DNA of 64,000 nucleotides from Orbicella franksi (Eukaryota): NCBI GenBank assembly GCA_964199315.1, contig OZ116703.1, positions 7,812,001 to 7,876,000 of the forward strand, read 5' to 3'. Shown piece by piece: positions 1 to 12,815 of this stretch (position 1 is its first letter; each line of letters starts with the position of its first letter). The notes under the pieces were generated by a model. It saw only the letters and a program-made list of their open reading frames with translations, ran no database searches and was not told where the DNA came from. The position numbers and the translations under genes were made by a program.

Positions 1-1713
1 CTTCTTTTCTATCGCTGTTAGCTTCTGGCAAACAAAAAAAAAAAAAAATGAAACTTTCGCTATCTGTTAATTCGATTACCAGCCATATCTGAATTTTAGG
101 TATTTCATCAGTTGTAACACTGTGTATAAAGATTTGCGCATTTCGAAAACTGTTTTGTTGAGTTTCGTTTCATTTTCAGGGGGGTTTCATTTATTGTGAT
201 GGAAATTAACTGTCAGTCTACAGTCTTCTGCGATAAGGTTGATTCTAACAAAAAATCCGTAAAACCTAAAATAAGACTGCTTTTAAGCATCCAAGGTCTT
301 TTCAGTTGCATAACTAAAAATGCTAGCTAGCATTGCAATCAGATAAGAGTGTAAGCCAATGCAGTCTTTTTCCATCCTAATCACCCTTCTGTATCAGTTA
401 AAGAAATCATCAGCGACAAAAACAATAGCTTCTTAAATTTTAATGCAATGTATTGTTAGACGCAGAACAATTCTAGAGATCAGGCTTCGATGTTAATAGG
501 CCAGTCTGCAAACACAAAGTTATATTTTTCTGCTACACACTTTGAGATTTTCCTTCGAGTCAAGATTATTTTTTGTGATCAAACGAAAGTTGCTACCGAA
601 GCTCTACCAAACGTTGAATCTGCGCATTCATTAATACATTTCAACATTAAGGTTTACCAAGAGGAAATGATAACTTGGGTTTAAATTTGCTTTAAATTTT
701 GTCTTACATGCAAAGATGATACTGTGTCTACTTCGTGTCCCTGTTTTAAGCTATAACGAGGCCTCGTGTTTTGCGTTTCTTCTCTGCTTTGATTAATTTT
801 GTTCCTAATGGATTTACGAAAATTAGATTAAAGTGCGAAATCGTGTGAAGCCAAAAGTCTAATTCAAAACGTATATATTGTGAAATTTTAATTAATCTCT
901 TCATATTTAATATTGCACAGCTATTACACACCTAAACGGCAAATGTTTATATAGGTTTGTTCCATTGGAGGTTTCATGTAACTCAGGGTTCAAATGTAAA
1001 CTAAATAAATGAGGATTTCCTAAACAAGTAGGTTGATTAAGACACTAGCAAACACAATGTTTATCACACCTTTTGTAAACTAGCTATTGACATATCTTTG
1101 AAGTTTTCCGCCTTAAACGTCACGCAATAATTAGCTGTTGCTCACTGGATAAAGAAAAGAGAAGCAATTGCGTTGAGCTAAAACAATAACTCAGCCTTGT
1201 GGAAAACATCAACGGCAACCTAAAACGCTAGATTTGACACTACATAAATATTAAAGTATTACATAAACCGATAGCAAATTTCGTATAAAAGAAATTTTGA
1301 TTCCCACATTTGAAATTGTCTCTAATTACAATCGAACGTAAATCCACAAATGCGACTGATGAGAACGTTTTAAGTAATGCATATTATATGTAATCGCTCG
1401 AAGCGAAATGGTTGTTTCAGTTTGAATTCCGGTTAATGAGTCTGTCAAATGCGAATCATTTTGTTTTGCTCCGGTCCATGACAAGTTGTTAATATTTCAG
1501 CTAATACCATTTATTTTTGTAAGAATTAACAATATAGCTCACTTCCTCTTGACCCAAGGTGATATTAAGATATCGAAGAAGTCATAATTACAGCCAGTGA
1601 AACATCATTACAGGATCACCTGTCACAACTGAAGTGAAATTGGTTTTCACGCTATGCGGACCTATCCGGAAAAAAAAAGCCGTTAGAGGCCTTGATGAAA
1701 ATGATGAAAATAA

Positions 1714-1796
1714 ACCAAACGAACAAACAAACAAACAAACAAACAAACAAACAAACAATAAAACAAAACAATAACAACAACAAAACAAAAACAAAA
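1714..1796. repeat. (AAAC)n microsatellite
   Basis: Direct reading; degenerates to A-rich sequence. Confidence 0.9.
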
Positions 1797-4412
1797 AAGG
1801 AGCAAATCAGCAGTGTGGTCATATATTAAAATGTTCAAAATTGCATCGTGTTAGTAATATATTGTCATAAATAGGCTAGTTGGGATTATGAAAAGTTTGA
1901 CAATCTAGGCGGATCTTTGGTCACGCCGGTAATTTTCCAATGTGAGAAACAACCATTTCAGTGTGTGGGCATTTTCCATTTCATTAAAAGTTGAGGAGCT
2001 TTCGAGACGGGTGCAAATGGTATGCAGAATTCCTAGGAAAGATTTCGGCAAATTCGAAAATTGTTGAATTTGTGAATGCGAGCCATTTAACCGAAAATCA
2101 AATGAAACGGAAATTTTTTGGGAAGTTTTGGGATACCTCACAAGGATGACCTCTTTTCTAAACTTCCAAAAATGCTGTTCCATTCGCCACTAGAACAGGC
2201 TGGAAATACAATTAATAAGCACTTAATGACTGGCATGGCGCCAAGGGAAACAGTGAGTTTTGTTTCCCGAGACCCTCAATGTACCCCGAAGCTTTTGTCA
2301 TGTAAATGCGCCTAGTTAGCATTGGAACACATTTGATTTACACAACGAAATCAGTGAGGTCTTTATCAAAACAATTTGGAATTTTGTTGTTCTTGTGAAC
2401 GAAATCTCACTGTCATGCAGTTGTTGTCTTTTATAGGTCTTTTAAACACCAGTTTATTGATTTTAATTAGTTTTGAGTTATCTTTGGTGGTTTTCTGACG
2501 TACTGCGGGAATATCAGTTGAAAAATCCAAAATGGAGGAACCAAAACAGTATGCCCGTATATTAACATATTACGTAATTACCACGTGACATGACGCCATC
2601 AGATCATGTTACTTGCATCAAAGGAAACATTTTTGGACTTACTAAATGTCCTCTGGGTTTAAGTAACTTAAGAGATTCGTCATGATTAAATAACTTTAAC
2701 GTTACGGAGGGTGGTGGAATCCGCTGATCTTACTGGTCAGTTATTAAAAGGATCCAAGAAAGCTTATGTCAGAATATCGTGTGGCTTAAAATTTTTGCTT
2801 AATTTTGCGGATCGGCAGTTTTTTGTACTTTGCGGGAACTAAGTTTTGATTTTGTGAAAGACTGGTTTTTCGTGCTGGGTATCAATTTTTCGCGATTTTC
2901 ACTATGATATCGCGTTTATTTGAAATACAGTGGAAATTCTCTTAAAGGACACTCTCGAAAGCGGACCGCTCTGCTAAAGACCGCCTTCACAAACCCCCAT
3001 TTGATCTGCCATAGTATTTATTCATTCCCGTAAGCAGACATTCTCGTAAGCGTCCACGGACAATTGTAGGGCTTACAATCTAGACTTTTCCTTTGGTCAT
3101 TTCACATTGTAAGCTCCCGTAAATGGACACTTCAAAGGAATTGGGCCTGACTTTGAAAGATACTTATAAACATTTGTAAACTGTATCACTGCTTTTTCTT
3201 GCAGTGACTGTTAAAGCCGATGATGATGCTAGCTGCAATTATGATTTGTTCTTTAGTCACTAAGGGCCAGTCCTATTACTACAGCACACAATACTGTTTA
3301 CATGCAATAATCGCCATTATCGTGGTATTGCATTAGGCAATAAAACAAAGAATAATGATAATAATTTGGTGGTATTTTTGCATTCCCAATGTTACTTGTA
3401 AGCTGGGCAAGCTCCCATAAGCGGCCTTCTTTCCCTTACAACTCTAGTGGCCGCTTACGAGAACTATTCTCGTAAGCAGCTAGCTCCAGTTATGGACTGC
3501 TGTTTCGCGCTCCGGGGAGTGTCCGCTTACGTGGGCTTCCATTGTACAACATTTTCGGCTTTTTTTATAGCACTACACAGTAATTTCGCGGGAACTTTTA
3601 TTGCGGTTCGTGGAAAGAACCGCAAAAATCGAAATTAGAACCCGCATGTCGTGCTACACGGTAGGGTATAGGAGTAACTGTTCCCAAGAAATTTGAGCCC
3701 GATGTATGTAGTATACAATATGCCCTCTTCGTGGAAGTTCGAATGCTCATGAGACAAAATGTAAAAATGTTCGTGATACTCATGAAAAATCGACTACTAT
3801 TCAACCAATAAAAACTTTGGATTTCAACTGTCATTGAAATTTCGACCTGTTCCCTTCATACTCACCTATATCGAATATTTTTTTTCTTTTTGAACAGTAC
3901 CACTAATGGCAAATTTGAACAATACATACTGAAAGATGCTAAGATTTTTTTGAGCTAAACTCTTCAAATCTTAAGGAGGCATCTTGTAATTGCATTAATA
4001 ATCAAAGAGAACGTCTGAATCACTGTATTATTTCTACATGTTGACTGACTCAAACAAACCTTCCATTTTCAGCGGCCGATACTCTTGTATTAGAATTGGG
4101 TTTCATGGTTGAGTTGAATCTTACCCACAGCTTAAAATTTCCACTTCTCAAAATTAGATTCCTGAACAGAAAATTACGTCAATTTTGACCACAAATTGAC
4201 GAACCCTATCTTGGATATCAAAGCAACAAAAAAGCGCTCTGAGAGCCAATAAATCATTGCAATAAATTAGCCAGCTCTATTAGTTTCTTTCATACTGTTT
4301 GTTAATCATCAAAGTAGAAACTGCTTTGCCTTGCTAGCTATCGTCTAGTTGTAGGGATATGACATCAGCCGGATATTTACAATTTTCAGAACTAGAAACT
4401 TAACTTATTTCG

Positions 4413-4666
4413 GGGAGCAGGGATGGTGCAGTGGTGAGAGCGCTCGCCTTCCATCAATATGGCCCGGATTCGATTCCGGCCCAGTTCCATGTGTGGCTTG
4501 AGTTTGTTATTGATTTTCTCCTTGCTCAGAGGGTTTTTCTCCGGGTACTCCAGTTTTCCTTCCTCCACAAAAACCAGCACTGCAAATTCCAATTCGACCA
4601 GGATAGAGGACTCCCGTGAAAACCAGAGAAGGCTGACGTGGCTTCCTTTCTAAAAGTTGTAATTTA
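4413..4666 (+). mobile_element. tRNA-derived SINE
   Basis: Box A TGGTGCAGTGG, box B GGATTCGATTCC, non-tRNA body, AT-rich tail. Confidence 0.75.
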
Positions 4667-7600
4667 TATAGAACACTAGCTGTGTTCAGGTTTAAAACAC
4701 TTACATCAATCTTTACCCACTGTAGACCAAATTGGGCGTTGTTTATAGTTTAAAATTCGGTACAAGCACTGAGGTCAGCGGGACACAAACGATAAAGAGA
4801 GAAAAGCTCTGAAACTCAATTTCTTTATCAACCAAATAATGCAATTCAAAATTATTTCTGTTCCAATTTCTTTTTTTGTAATAAAGTTGAACTTCCTGGT
4901 AACAAGGTAATAGGAAATATGCCGTACTAGTTGTGGAACTATTCTAATGTAATACGAATTAACTCTTGTAAGAATTAGCAAGGAATACACGGGTTTGTTT
5001 CAAAGTATCAAATATTTTAAAGTTATGTTTGATTTAAGAATAAAATCATGTAAAATAATGTTTTGAAAACACTCCTTCAGTAATTGTACAAAACAGTGGA
5101 ATTTATTCGTTTATTACAGATCAAATATTTCAAAGAAATTGAGCCGATTAGATAAAGCTTACATCAGGCATTAAAGCCGTAGGGAATGGTTGAAAATTTT
5201 CACGGGAGAGAAATATCCATACAGAAGTTGATATAGTTATCTCGATGATCACAGTTTTTTATAAGCAGATTTTATCTTGCTCAATAATGAAAAATAAACA
5301 CTTCTAGGTGAAAATCGCGGTCGTTGAGTCGAAACGAGAAACAGATAACACAAATTCCAGATTTTTCTATTTAAAATTCGACAGTTCCACTTTATGAATA
5401 TTTTCAGTAAATGGTTTATATTGATTTTGAGGTTTATCGTCCATTTAGTCGGATGTAGATCACTTTGGGTCTTTAATTAAAATCCCTTTTTTGCACTACA
5501 CAAAAAGCGTTTAGATTTTGATCAAAAATTAAATCAATTTCACACTCGAGAACCAATGAAAACGCTGTGAGTGAATTGTAGATTACAAGTTAATCGTCTG
5601 GTTGGTCTTGTACGTGTTGTACCCTTATAATGTAAATTAAAGAATAATTATTCACTGATTAAGTAATAGAGACTTGTGACTTGACCATCCAGGAGTTTTG
5701 ATTTATTTTAGTCTTTGTAAAATTCAGTAACATGTAGCAGTTTTTTTGGAATTATGAAACGCCTTGCCTTTTACGCCATCATCATATTGTGTCACGTTCA
5801 ACTTTTAGTTCAACATTTTGCGATGGCTGATTAAAAAAAAGTGACGGAAAGATCTGAGGAAAGAGGAAATTATTTCAAATGCCGGATAGGTTTGCGGCAA
5901 ATTTCGATATCGGGGCAAAAATCAAGCGAATAGAAAAATTCATTTGTCTCATAAAAAAATGATAACAAATGACAACCGTGCGGTCAAAAACCAATTTGAG
6001 TGTTTTCACCGAGAAAGATGAAGCACTGTTATTTTTTTTACAGGAGAAAATATTAAAAAATAAAAATATCTCCCTAGAACTATGACGCTTAAATTTAATG
6101 AAGAATCAATCGTAATTTTCAACCCAGGGAAACAGGAATTTGGAGTAAAAACATCTGAAAAAACTGTTTCGTGCGCTCTGAGTTGTAACTGATTTCTCTG
6201 GACTAATTTTCGTGTTTACCAAAGATCGTATTAAGATCCATTGTGACCGAAACCATCCTTTCACGAGCTAGATACTGTTCGACAAGACCGGATTTTGCGT
6301 CGTTTTAAAAATGCTTCGAGCGTATTTAAAGTAAGAAACCTAGCTGATAAAATCTACAATTCCGGGAAGGTTCAAGATGCATTTTTCAAATGCAGATTAA
6401 GTTTGCGGGAAGAGATTTTAGTATAAATACATTAATTGTGCCAGAGTTAAAGCATTTGTTTGTAGCCTTCCATCTCTCTTCGACAGTCCACTAACTGTGT
6501 GAATTCGACAGAGCGTGCTTTTGTAAACTCTGAAGAGGTTTGTATACTCCGATATTTTTAGTCATATCTATTCTTATTTCAGGGGGAAGAGTTGCGACTT
6601 TTCCTATTACACAGTGCTAACTATACCCCGTAAAGTAACTTGTTATGATGAATATTTTGCAACGATACAGATAGGAAAAAACAAGACGAAGCAAATACTT
6701 TCAGTATACGCTGATATGGGTGATATGGGCCGAGTGCCAGTTGCAACGGGGCAGATATTTCAGAGCTAGTGCATGAAATCGAAGGCATGTTTGACTGAGT
6801 TATCTAACCTAACGTTATCTCTTAGAACAACACTCGAGGTGGAAAAACACTGATTGAAGGAAATGTTAATGTAATTTTCGAAACAGAATTTCTCTAGCTC
6901 TAGATCATCGAAAATGCTTGAGAAAGCTGCTTTCATACAATTTATCTCCAAGCAAGTTTAGGGAAGGAGTGTATTTTCCACAAAAGTATATATAAGAACC
7001 TAGGTGAGCTATTGATTTGCGAAGATTTAGCTCAGTTCAGTCGCATTATGTTACGAAAAACCTATAATGTCCGAGTTTTTGCGTTTACTTTATGCATGGC
7101 CCTTCTAAAACCCTAACTGTAAATAGAATTTGAGTTCAGTTTAATCTTTCATTACGTTCAGAAAAAACTCTTAACTGCGTTTTGGTTGCACAAACTTGAA
7201 ATCGTGTTTCACGATACGTCGAGCTCTGCAAATATGTACTAAATATATATTGAAATAAACCTTAATTTTACTCTATGATCTAGGGTAATTCTAATCTTCT
7301 TTATCAATACCTTTTCAGATCGTTCCCAGCGTGTAAACGAAAAGTTAAATTTGATTAGTTTGGTGGTCAGAGAATTTCCATCTTCAGAATTTAACAAATA
7401 AACTTTTTATATCCTCAGAAATTCTTCATTTTAACCATTTGCAGAAGAACAAAAATGTTATTCAAATTACAAATACATTTATAGTTTTCAGTGAAGTTCC
7501 CTCTATATTCCTAAAAAGCATTCTCTTCTCAGCAAACTGCTCTTTGAATCTCCAGATTTTCTCTCACGATTTATATGTAACTATATATCTCGCGCCGAAC

Positions 7601-7938
7601 GAAGTTCGATCGTGTCAAAGTCCCTGAAAACATGTATAGGTTTAACTTGGAAACATTCCCGGCCCTCTTGTAACTTCAATTTCTTTTCTATTCAAACTCT
7701 CAGGCTCAATAATATAGGTCACTTTCGATATCTTAAAATTCAGTTGATAGTGAGGCTTAGAGGACACAAACAAAGGGAACTGAATGACCTTTTTCCATAG
7801 AACTGAATGACATGTTTATTCATTTCTTTTGTTTGTGTCCTCTAGGCCTCGCTATCAAGTTGAATTTTAATGTATCGAAAGTGTCCTTAAGTTTGCTATA
7901 CATCAACTCTTACGATCTCTACCCTTTAATAACATCTG

Positions 7939-8177
7939 GGGCCTGTTTCTCGAAGGTCCAGAAAAGTTTTCGCACCCGAAAAGCCGTAGCAGCGCCGTAG
8001 CAAAATGTCAAACTTTATGACTTCAGGGCTATTTTATGGACATACTCTTAATACGAGCAGACGTTCTCTTCATACAAGAACTTTCAGTCGTATACACCTC
8101 TCTGTCTTTAAATACCGATTAACTAAAAATGGCTTTGCGGACCCGAAATGTTTCCGGGGCTTTCGAGAAACGAGCCT
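7939..8177. mobile_element. Harbinger-like MITE, 3-bp TSD CTG
   Basis: GGGCCTGTTTCTCGAA...TTCGAGAAACGAGCCT ends; second copy at 42273-42500. Confidence 0.7.
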
Positions 8178-8569
8178 CTGGCCTGAAAAAGGTGGCCCAT
8201 TCGGGTGGAGCCTACCCGTATATCCCATAATATAATAAGTAGTACTCTCCAAGCTCCCCGCCCCCGGCGCTCGGGAACCAATAAAAGCCGGAGACGGGAA
8301 CTTCCGTTATCTCTTAGTTTGTTCAACCGAATTCTTCTTGGTGCATTGTCCCACATTTTTTCTAATGTAGGTCTACAAAATCAAACATAATTATCGGATT
8401 TCGTACCGTTTCAATCTGCAATAGTCGCTATTTTCGTCCGCTAGCTTAGTTAAGTATTCCCGGATCACTGCAAACGAGAATTCAAGCGATTGTAAAAGGG
8501 TCAACCAAAGGACAAACTTTAATCAATTATTGTTTGTTTTTCTTCTTTTTGTCAGCTTGACAAAAAACA

Positions 8570-8666
8570 ATGGCTGGAAAACTGCTGATTCTTTGCTTTG
8601 TGTTGGCGATGGTCACCATTGCAACATGCAAACCTCGAAATCCTTTTGCGGGACTTTTCCGAAGAG
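8570..8666 (+). CDS. Secreted Cys-rich prepropeptide, coding exon 1 (signal peptide + start of propeptide)
   Basis: ATG at 8570 after a pyrimidine tract/AG (8555, implying a 5'UTR intron). Encodes MAGKLLILCFVLAMVTIATCKPRNPFAGLFRR: hydrophobic signal peptide, then dibasic RR. Donor G|GTAAGC at 8667, phase 1. Confidence 0.85.
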
Positions 8667-9058
8667 GTAAGCTTGTAATAGCCGAAATTGAGAAGAGTTT
8701 CTGATACTACGAAGACTACGTACTTTGGTGAGTTTTGGAACTAAATTACAAAGGTAGTGGTTAATAGGAATATCTGCTACCAACCTGTAATTCCCGACTG
8801 ACCAGTTGTTACATAACTGCAGTTCGCGCGAATGATCCTGTTCACTGAACTAAGAGTATTTTCGTGAACTGTTGTCATTCGATTTACTAAGTTTTTCGCA
8901 GTTTGATTGGCACGGTTTCAAACGGAATTCATCAGAAGTTGTATAAAAGATGTGAAGAACTTTCTAAGTGAAAACGACAGTAAAACTCACGCTGGTGCTT
9001 TGTTCATTTACTCAGTCAATAGTTCTGAGTTTATTCAGTCCACATCTGTTTTACACAG

Positions 9059-9228
9059 ACTATATGATGATGCTCGAAAATGAGAAACGCGCGCCTGGTG
9101 TCTGTCAGGAGATGAGCTGGTGTTCTACCCTCGCTAACTGTTATGGGAGTGACGCGGGAGGAAGCTATGTGCAAACACCTGGAAACTGCGGACCAAGCAC
9201 AGTCTGCTGCACCTACTTTGAAATGTGA
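9059..9228 (+). CDS. Secreted Cys-rich prepropeptide, coding exon 2 (KR site + 45-aa six-Cys mature peptide)
   Basis: Acceptor ttttacacAG at 9057-9058; phase matches exon 1. Gives DYMMMLENEKR|APGVCQEMSWCSTLANCYGSDAGGSYVQTPGNCGPSTVCCTYFEM*; spacing C-x5-C-x5-C-x15-C-x5-CC; 88-aa precursor. Confidence 0.85.
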
Positions 9229-10521
9229 TACCTACACAGATAGGAGGTACGGATTCAATACCAAAATAAGCCTAACCTACAAGCCCTCCTTCATATATAT
9301 CTTTCCTAGGGGTTGAGAGCACGCTAGCGCGTGTCAGCGTCATCTCCCACGAGAAGATGTGACGCGCGAGGGCTCAGTGATTTTCAAGCGCGCACGCTCG
9401 AGTAACCTCAGGGGGTCGGCCACAACCTGGGTTCCTAATTTGTAAGAAATGAGGTTGGTTGACACACTCTCGGACTAACCTGAGGAAAAGTAATCGATGG
9501 AGTACTCATAGTCTAGATTACGAACTCACTTTATCACAGTAATTTGTTCAATCCTACGTCAGGGTGCCTTGTTAGGCTAGGAGGGTCTGGTCCGTTCTCA
9601 GTTAAATTTTCGGCGATTTCTTAGTTCTCAGTTCAAGTTTCTCAAGCCAATCGTCAGCTATCAGTGAATTTTGCGGATTTCAGATCTCACTATCAGTTAA
9701 CAAAACAAGTCACTTCTCAGCTAAAAGTGAAAATATTGAAAAGTCCTCAGCGGGAACCCATGATCTGTCCTCAGTTATTATTTAACATCATCTACACTCT
9801 CTAGTGGACTAAAACAGTCGGAACTTACTCCGGTTTTTATAGCATGAGCTGACTAAGATTTTTGTACAGTTGCCACAAATGGTTTTTTTTCGGGATGATA
9901 GTTAATGATCAATTAGACAAGACCTATATGTACTTTCAGAAAAGCAAAGCTGAAACCCCGGGGGGGGGGGGGGGACTCCCGTATAAAAAAGGACGGGGAT
10001 GCTCCTCGTACCAAGATCTTGTTTTGCGGGCGTGGCTTTAATTTTTTTCCCCTACAGAGGTACCAATTCTAAAACAAAGCATTGTGCAAAAGCTCCCGAT
10101 GTTGACCTTTTGAGGCTGAAAACTCTAAGAGGTACCAAGACCGCGGCTTTTGTAACCCCTGAAAGGTACGATGAGCACCGTTCTTTTTACATGGAAGTCC
10201 CCCCCCCCCCCACCAGGCTAAAACATTTTGAGATCGCACTATACAATTTGCTGACTCTTTTCTAACTGTAATTAACCTTTACACAAAATGCATTGTAGAT
10301 TCTGTCAGGTCTGTCAGCTTGCAGATCAAACAAAACAAAAAAAGCAAAAACAAAATCAAAACAAAAAAACTACAAAATGATCAGTTTGAAGTATCTTTTG
10401 CACGTCTCTAGACACAGTAAATGCATATGTTTTAGCGGTCTAAAAGTGGTATTTTCACAACGAAAATCACGATATGGTTGGGTCATAGAAGGCCAGTAAT
10501 CTCTCTCTTCTATTTGCACAG

Positions 10522-10645
10522 ATATCCCCGAGAGGCCCTACCTGAGGAACCGGTATTCACAGAAAAATGTAACGTGTAGTGGTGGAAAGTGTCGATCTTT
10601 TTAATGTAGTTCTACCCTTAACCACGCAATAAAGAACGGAATAAA
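10522..10645 (+). other. Probable terminal exon of the peptide gene (3'UTR exon or alternative coding exon)
   Basis: Strong acceptor ctctctcttctatttgcacAG (10520-10521); AATAAA at 10628 and 10640 followed by a GT-rich tract. Open in phase 1 until TAA at 10602-10604. No AATAAA seen directly after the exon-2 stop; candidate donor GAG|GTACGG at 9247. Confidence 0.5.
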
Positions 10646-11440
10646 ATTGCTTTGTGTGATATCTTGTGGAGTCGCAAGTTTGAACCCCGGCTTAGTGACT
10701 GTGCCCCTTTATAACAAAGCGCTTGTTGTGTATTTGGGTTCAGAGTACTACTATAGAGTACGCAATGAATCGGGATAAGTGTTTTACACAACTGCTTTAT
10801 TAGAACTGAACAAAACTAATCTATGTACAGAAATATAAAGGTGTTATCACATGACTGTGATTCAGGGTGTGCTAACCAGTGATTACAGGATTACAGATTC
10901 TCTAACAAATAACGAATACTACAGTGCCCGTAATGGCGAGCGATATATTCTTGGGCAGGCCAAATTTACGGGAAAACGCGTTTAGAACAAAACTCCGAAA
11001 TGACGACATCCCTATTTAACGAACCTCGATTTAACGAAATCCAGGTAAAACGGACTCCGATATGATGAAATCTCAGTTTAACGAATCGAACACAATCAGG
11101 CAACTCAAACTAAAAATATACCCCAATATAACTAGTGATGGTTAACACGCCACCTTCAGTGTTGAAGACAAGACTGACAGATCGATGCAGAAGGAACTTT
11201 TCGGTCAACAGCTCAATATGTTGGTACAGGCCCTTATCATGGCGACGTGCGAAGGCGTACAATGTAACATCGTTTAATTTTGAAGCAAAAAGACAAACCA
11301 ACTCCGATATAACGAATACTATGGTAGTTTTCCCACACATTGGTCGTACTGGGACTGGATTTATAATGAACCCCCGTTATAATAAACCATAAGTCATTTC
11401 TTAGTCTGACACTCAGTTATATCGGTCGCACTGTTAACCT

Positions 11441-11562
11441 ACAATCGTGGACAAAAGTCCTTGGGACACTTATGTAATTTGAATTGAAGTAGTATTCGCG
11501 TCTGGCGTGTGCGCAGAAGCACCAAAAGTGCAAATTTGTTCCAAGACTTTTGTTCATGATTT
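11441..11562. mobile_element. Short MITE remnant
   Basis: acaatcgtggacaaaagtccttgg / ccaagacttttgttcatgattt inverted ends. Confidence 0.55.
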
Positions 11563-11575
11563 TAAATATACTTAC

Positions 11576-11664
11576 CATTGCTTGGTAAGTGTTTTCGATG
11601 CTATGGACCTTTCATCAAAACGTTTTGCAATAACCCCTGCAGTCCTTCGTTCGATTGTAGCCAT
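11576..11664 (-). CDS. Candidate first coding exon of an unidentified gene divergent from PTDSS2
   Basis: Minus strand aaaATGGCT context; MATIERRTAGVIAKRFDERSIASKTLTKQ(W); donor GTAAGT; upstream AG and a further minus-strand donor near 11976. No downstream exon identified. Confidence 0.3.
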
Positions 11665-12636
11665 TTTATGATTAAATTTTCTATCACCACAAGACAGCGT
11701 TAGGGGTTAGAAAGTTAATCCCCTATAACTAAGATAATCCCTCTCGGGTTATTATTAGATAACTCGTAAGTTTATCCCAGAAATAGCTAATCCGGAGACG
11801 CGGATGTTGCCCACTTGGACAGCCCGGGTGACTAAACATGCATATTTTTCCTCTACGGAAATATCCACGCAACGCGCATCGTAACATTATTCGCAGGAGA
11901 TCTGGGCATTGTATCTTAAAAAAAAAACTTAAGAGAATACAAGGTAAGGCCTGCATGTGTGATTACTTCTTACCTTTCACAGTCTCTTGATCACCATAGT
12001 TACATAGTTATTGATAGTTATAGTGCGAGATTGATTCATTTCTACTCCGTTTGGTTGATTCGAATTTGAATTCCATCTTTATTACACAAGCTAGATCTCT
12101 TGTAAATTCAATTCGTTTCTTATTTTACAACTTAATGCCTGATGAGTTGATGTTTCGTGCCATCTTTTTATGCTGGTAGCCAGGGAACAAGTTAGTTAGC
12201 CAGGAATATGAACGTAAAGTAATATTTGATGATACAGTTTAGTTTTTCAGGTGTTCATGGCTGCTTTTGTTCTCTGTTACACTGTGAGTATAATGTAAGA
12301 GACAAACTTTGTCTCCGGCTAATTTCATGTCCATTTCTCCTGAGCTTAGTCCAAGCCAAATGAAATTAAGTGCGACCATGACAAATTAATTTTCTCTGTA
12401 CTCTTTGCATGCCTACAATATCCCGTAAAGCATTGCAACTCGCTGTCTGGACCCCAGTCTGTTCTCGGCCAGCCAGTAATATCCCGACACTTTCTGTCTG
12501 CGTGCAGTGTACATGTTAGTACATGTGGTATATTGCTCATTTTGGGTTTCGCAATTTTGCTTCCTTTGAACGAAAATCGTTTCTTCCAGAGAGCTTGGCT
12601 GTAGCTAGTACCCGAGTAAAAGCGCATTTAACTCAA

Positions 12637-12815
12637 ATGGGGAAACCCAAAGAGGACTCCCGCTGTCAAAATGGCCAAACACACGTTGATAAAGATATCG
12701 TGAGAGCTAATGGCCATGCAAGCGAAACAGACAACCGGCCTTTCAGCATCAGCTGCGAGTGGGACATCAAACAGACTCAACAATTTTCAGATGATGGAAC
12801 TAATACTTATTTCTG
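12637..12815 (+). CDS. PTDSS2: PTDSS2 exon 1
   Basis: MGKPKEDS...DDGTNTYF(W); donor GTAAGC; phase 2. Confidence 0.85.

Noticed and set aside
4413-4490. tRNA gene (also ~15280-15350)
   Set aside because: A and B boxes are present but run into SINE body sequence with no clean acceptor stem or terminator.
1-8500. Protein-coding gene in the first 8.5 kb
   Set aside because: Only short ORFs, MITE/SINE fragments and AT-rich sequence; candidate AG...GT segments I tested had stops or incompatible phases.
11907-12283. Small plus-strand exon-like segments (11907-11944, 12251-12283) upstream of PTDSS2
   Set aside because: Splice-like signals are present but there is no coherent frame or homology; may be UTR exons or chance.
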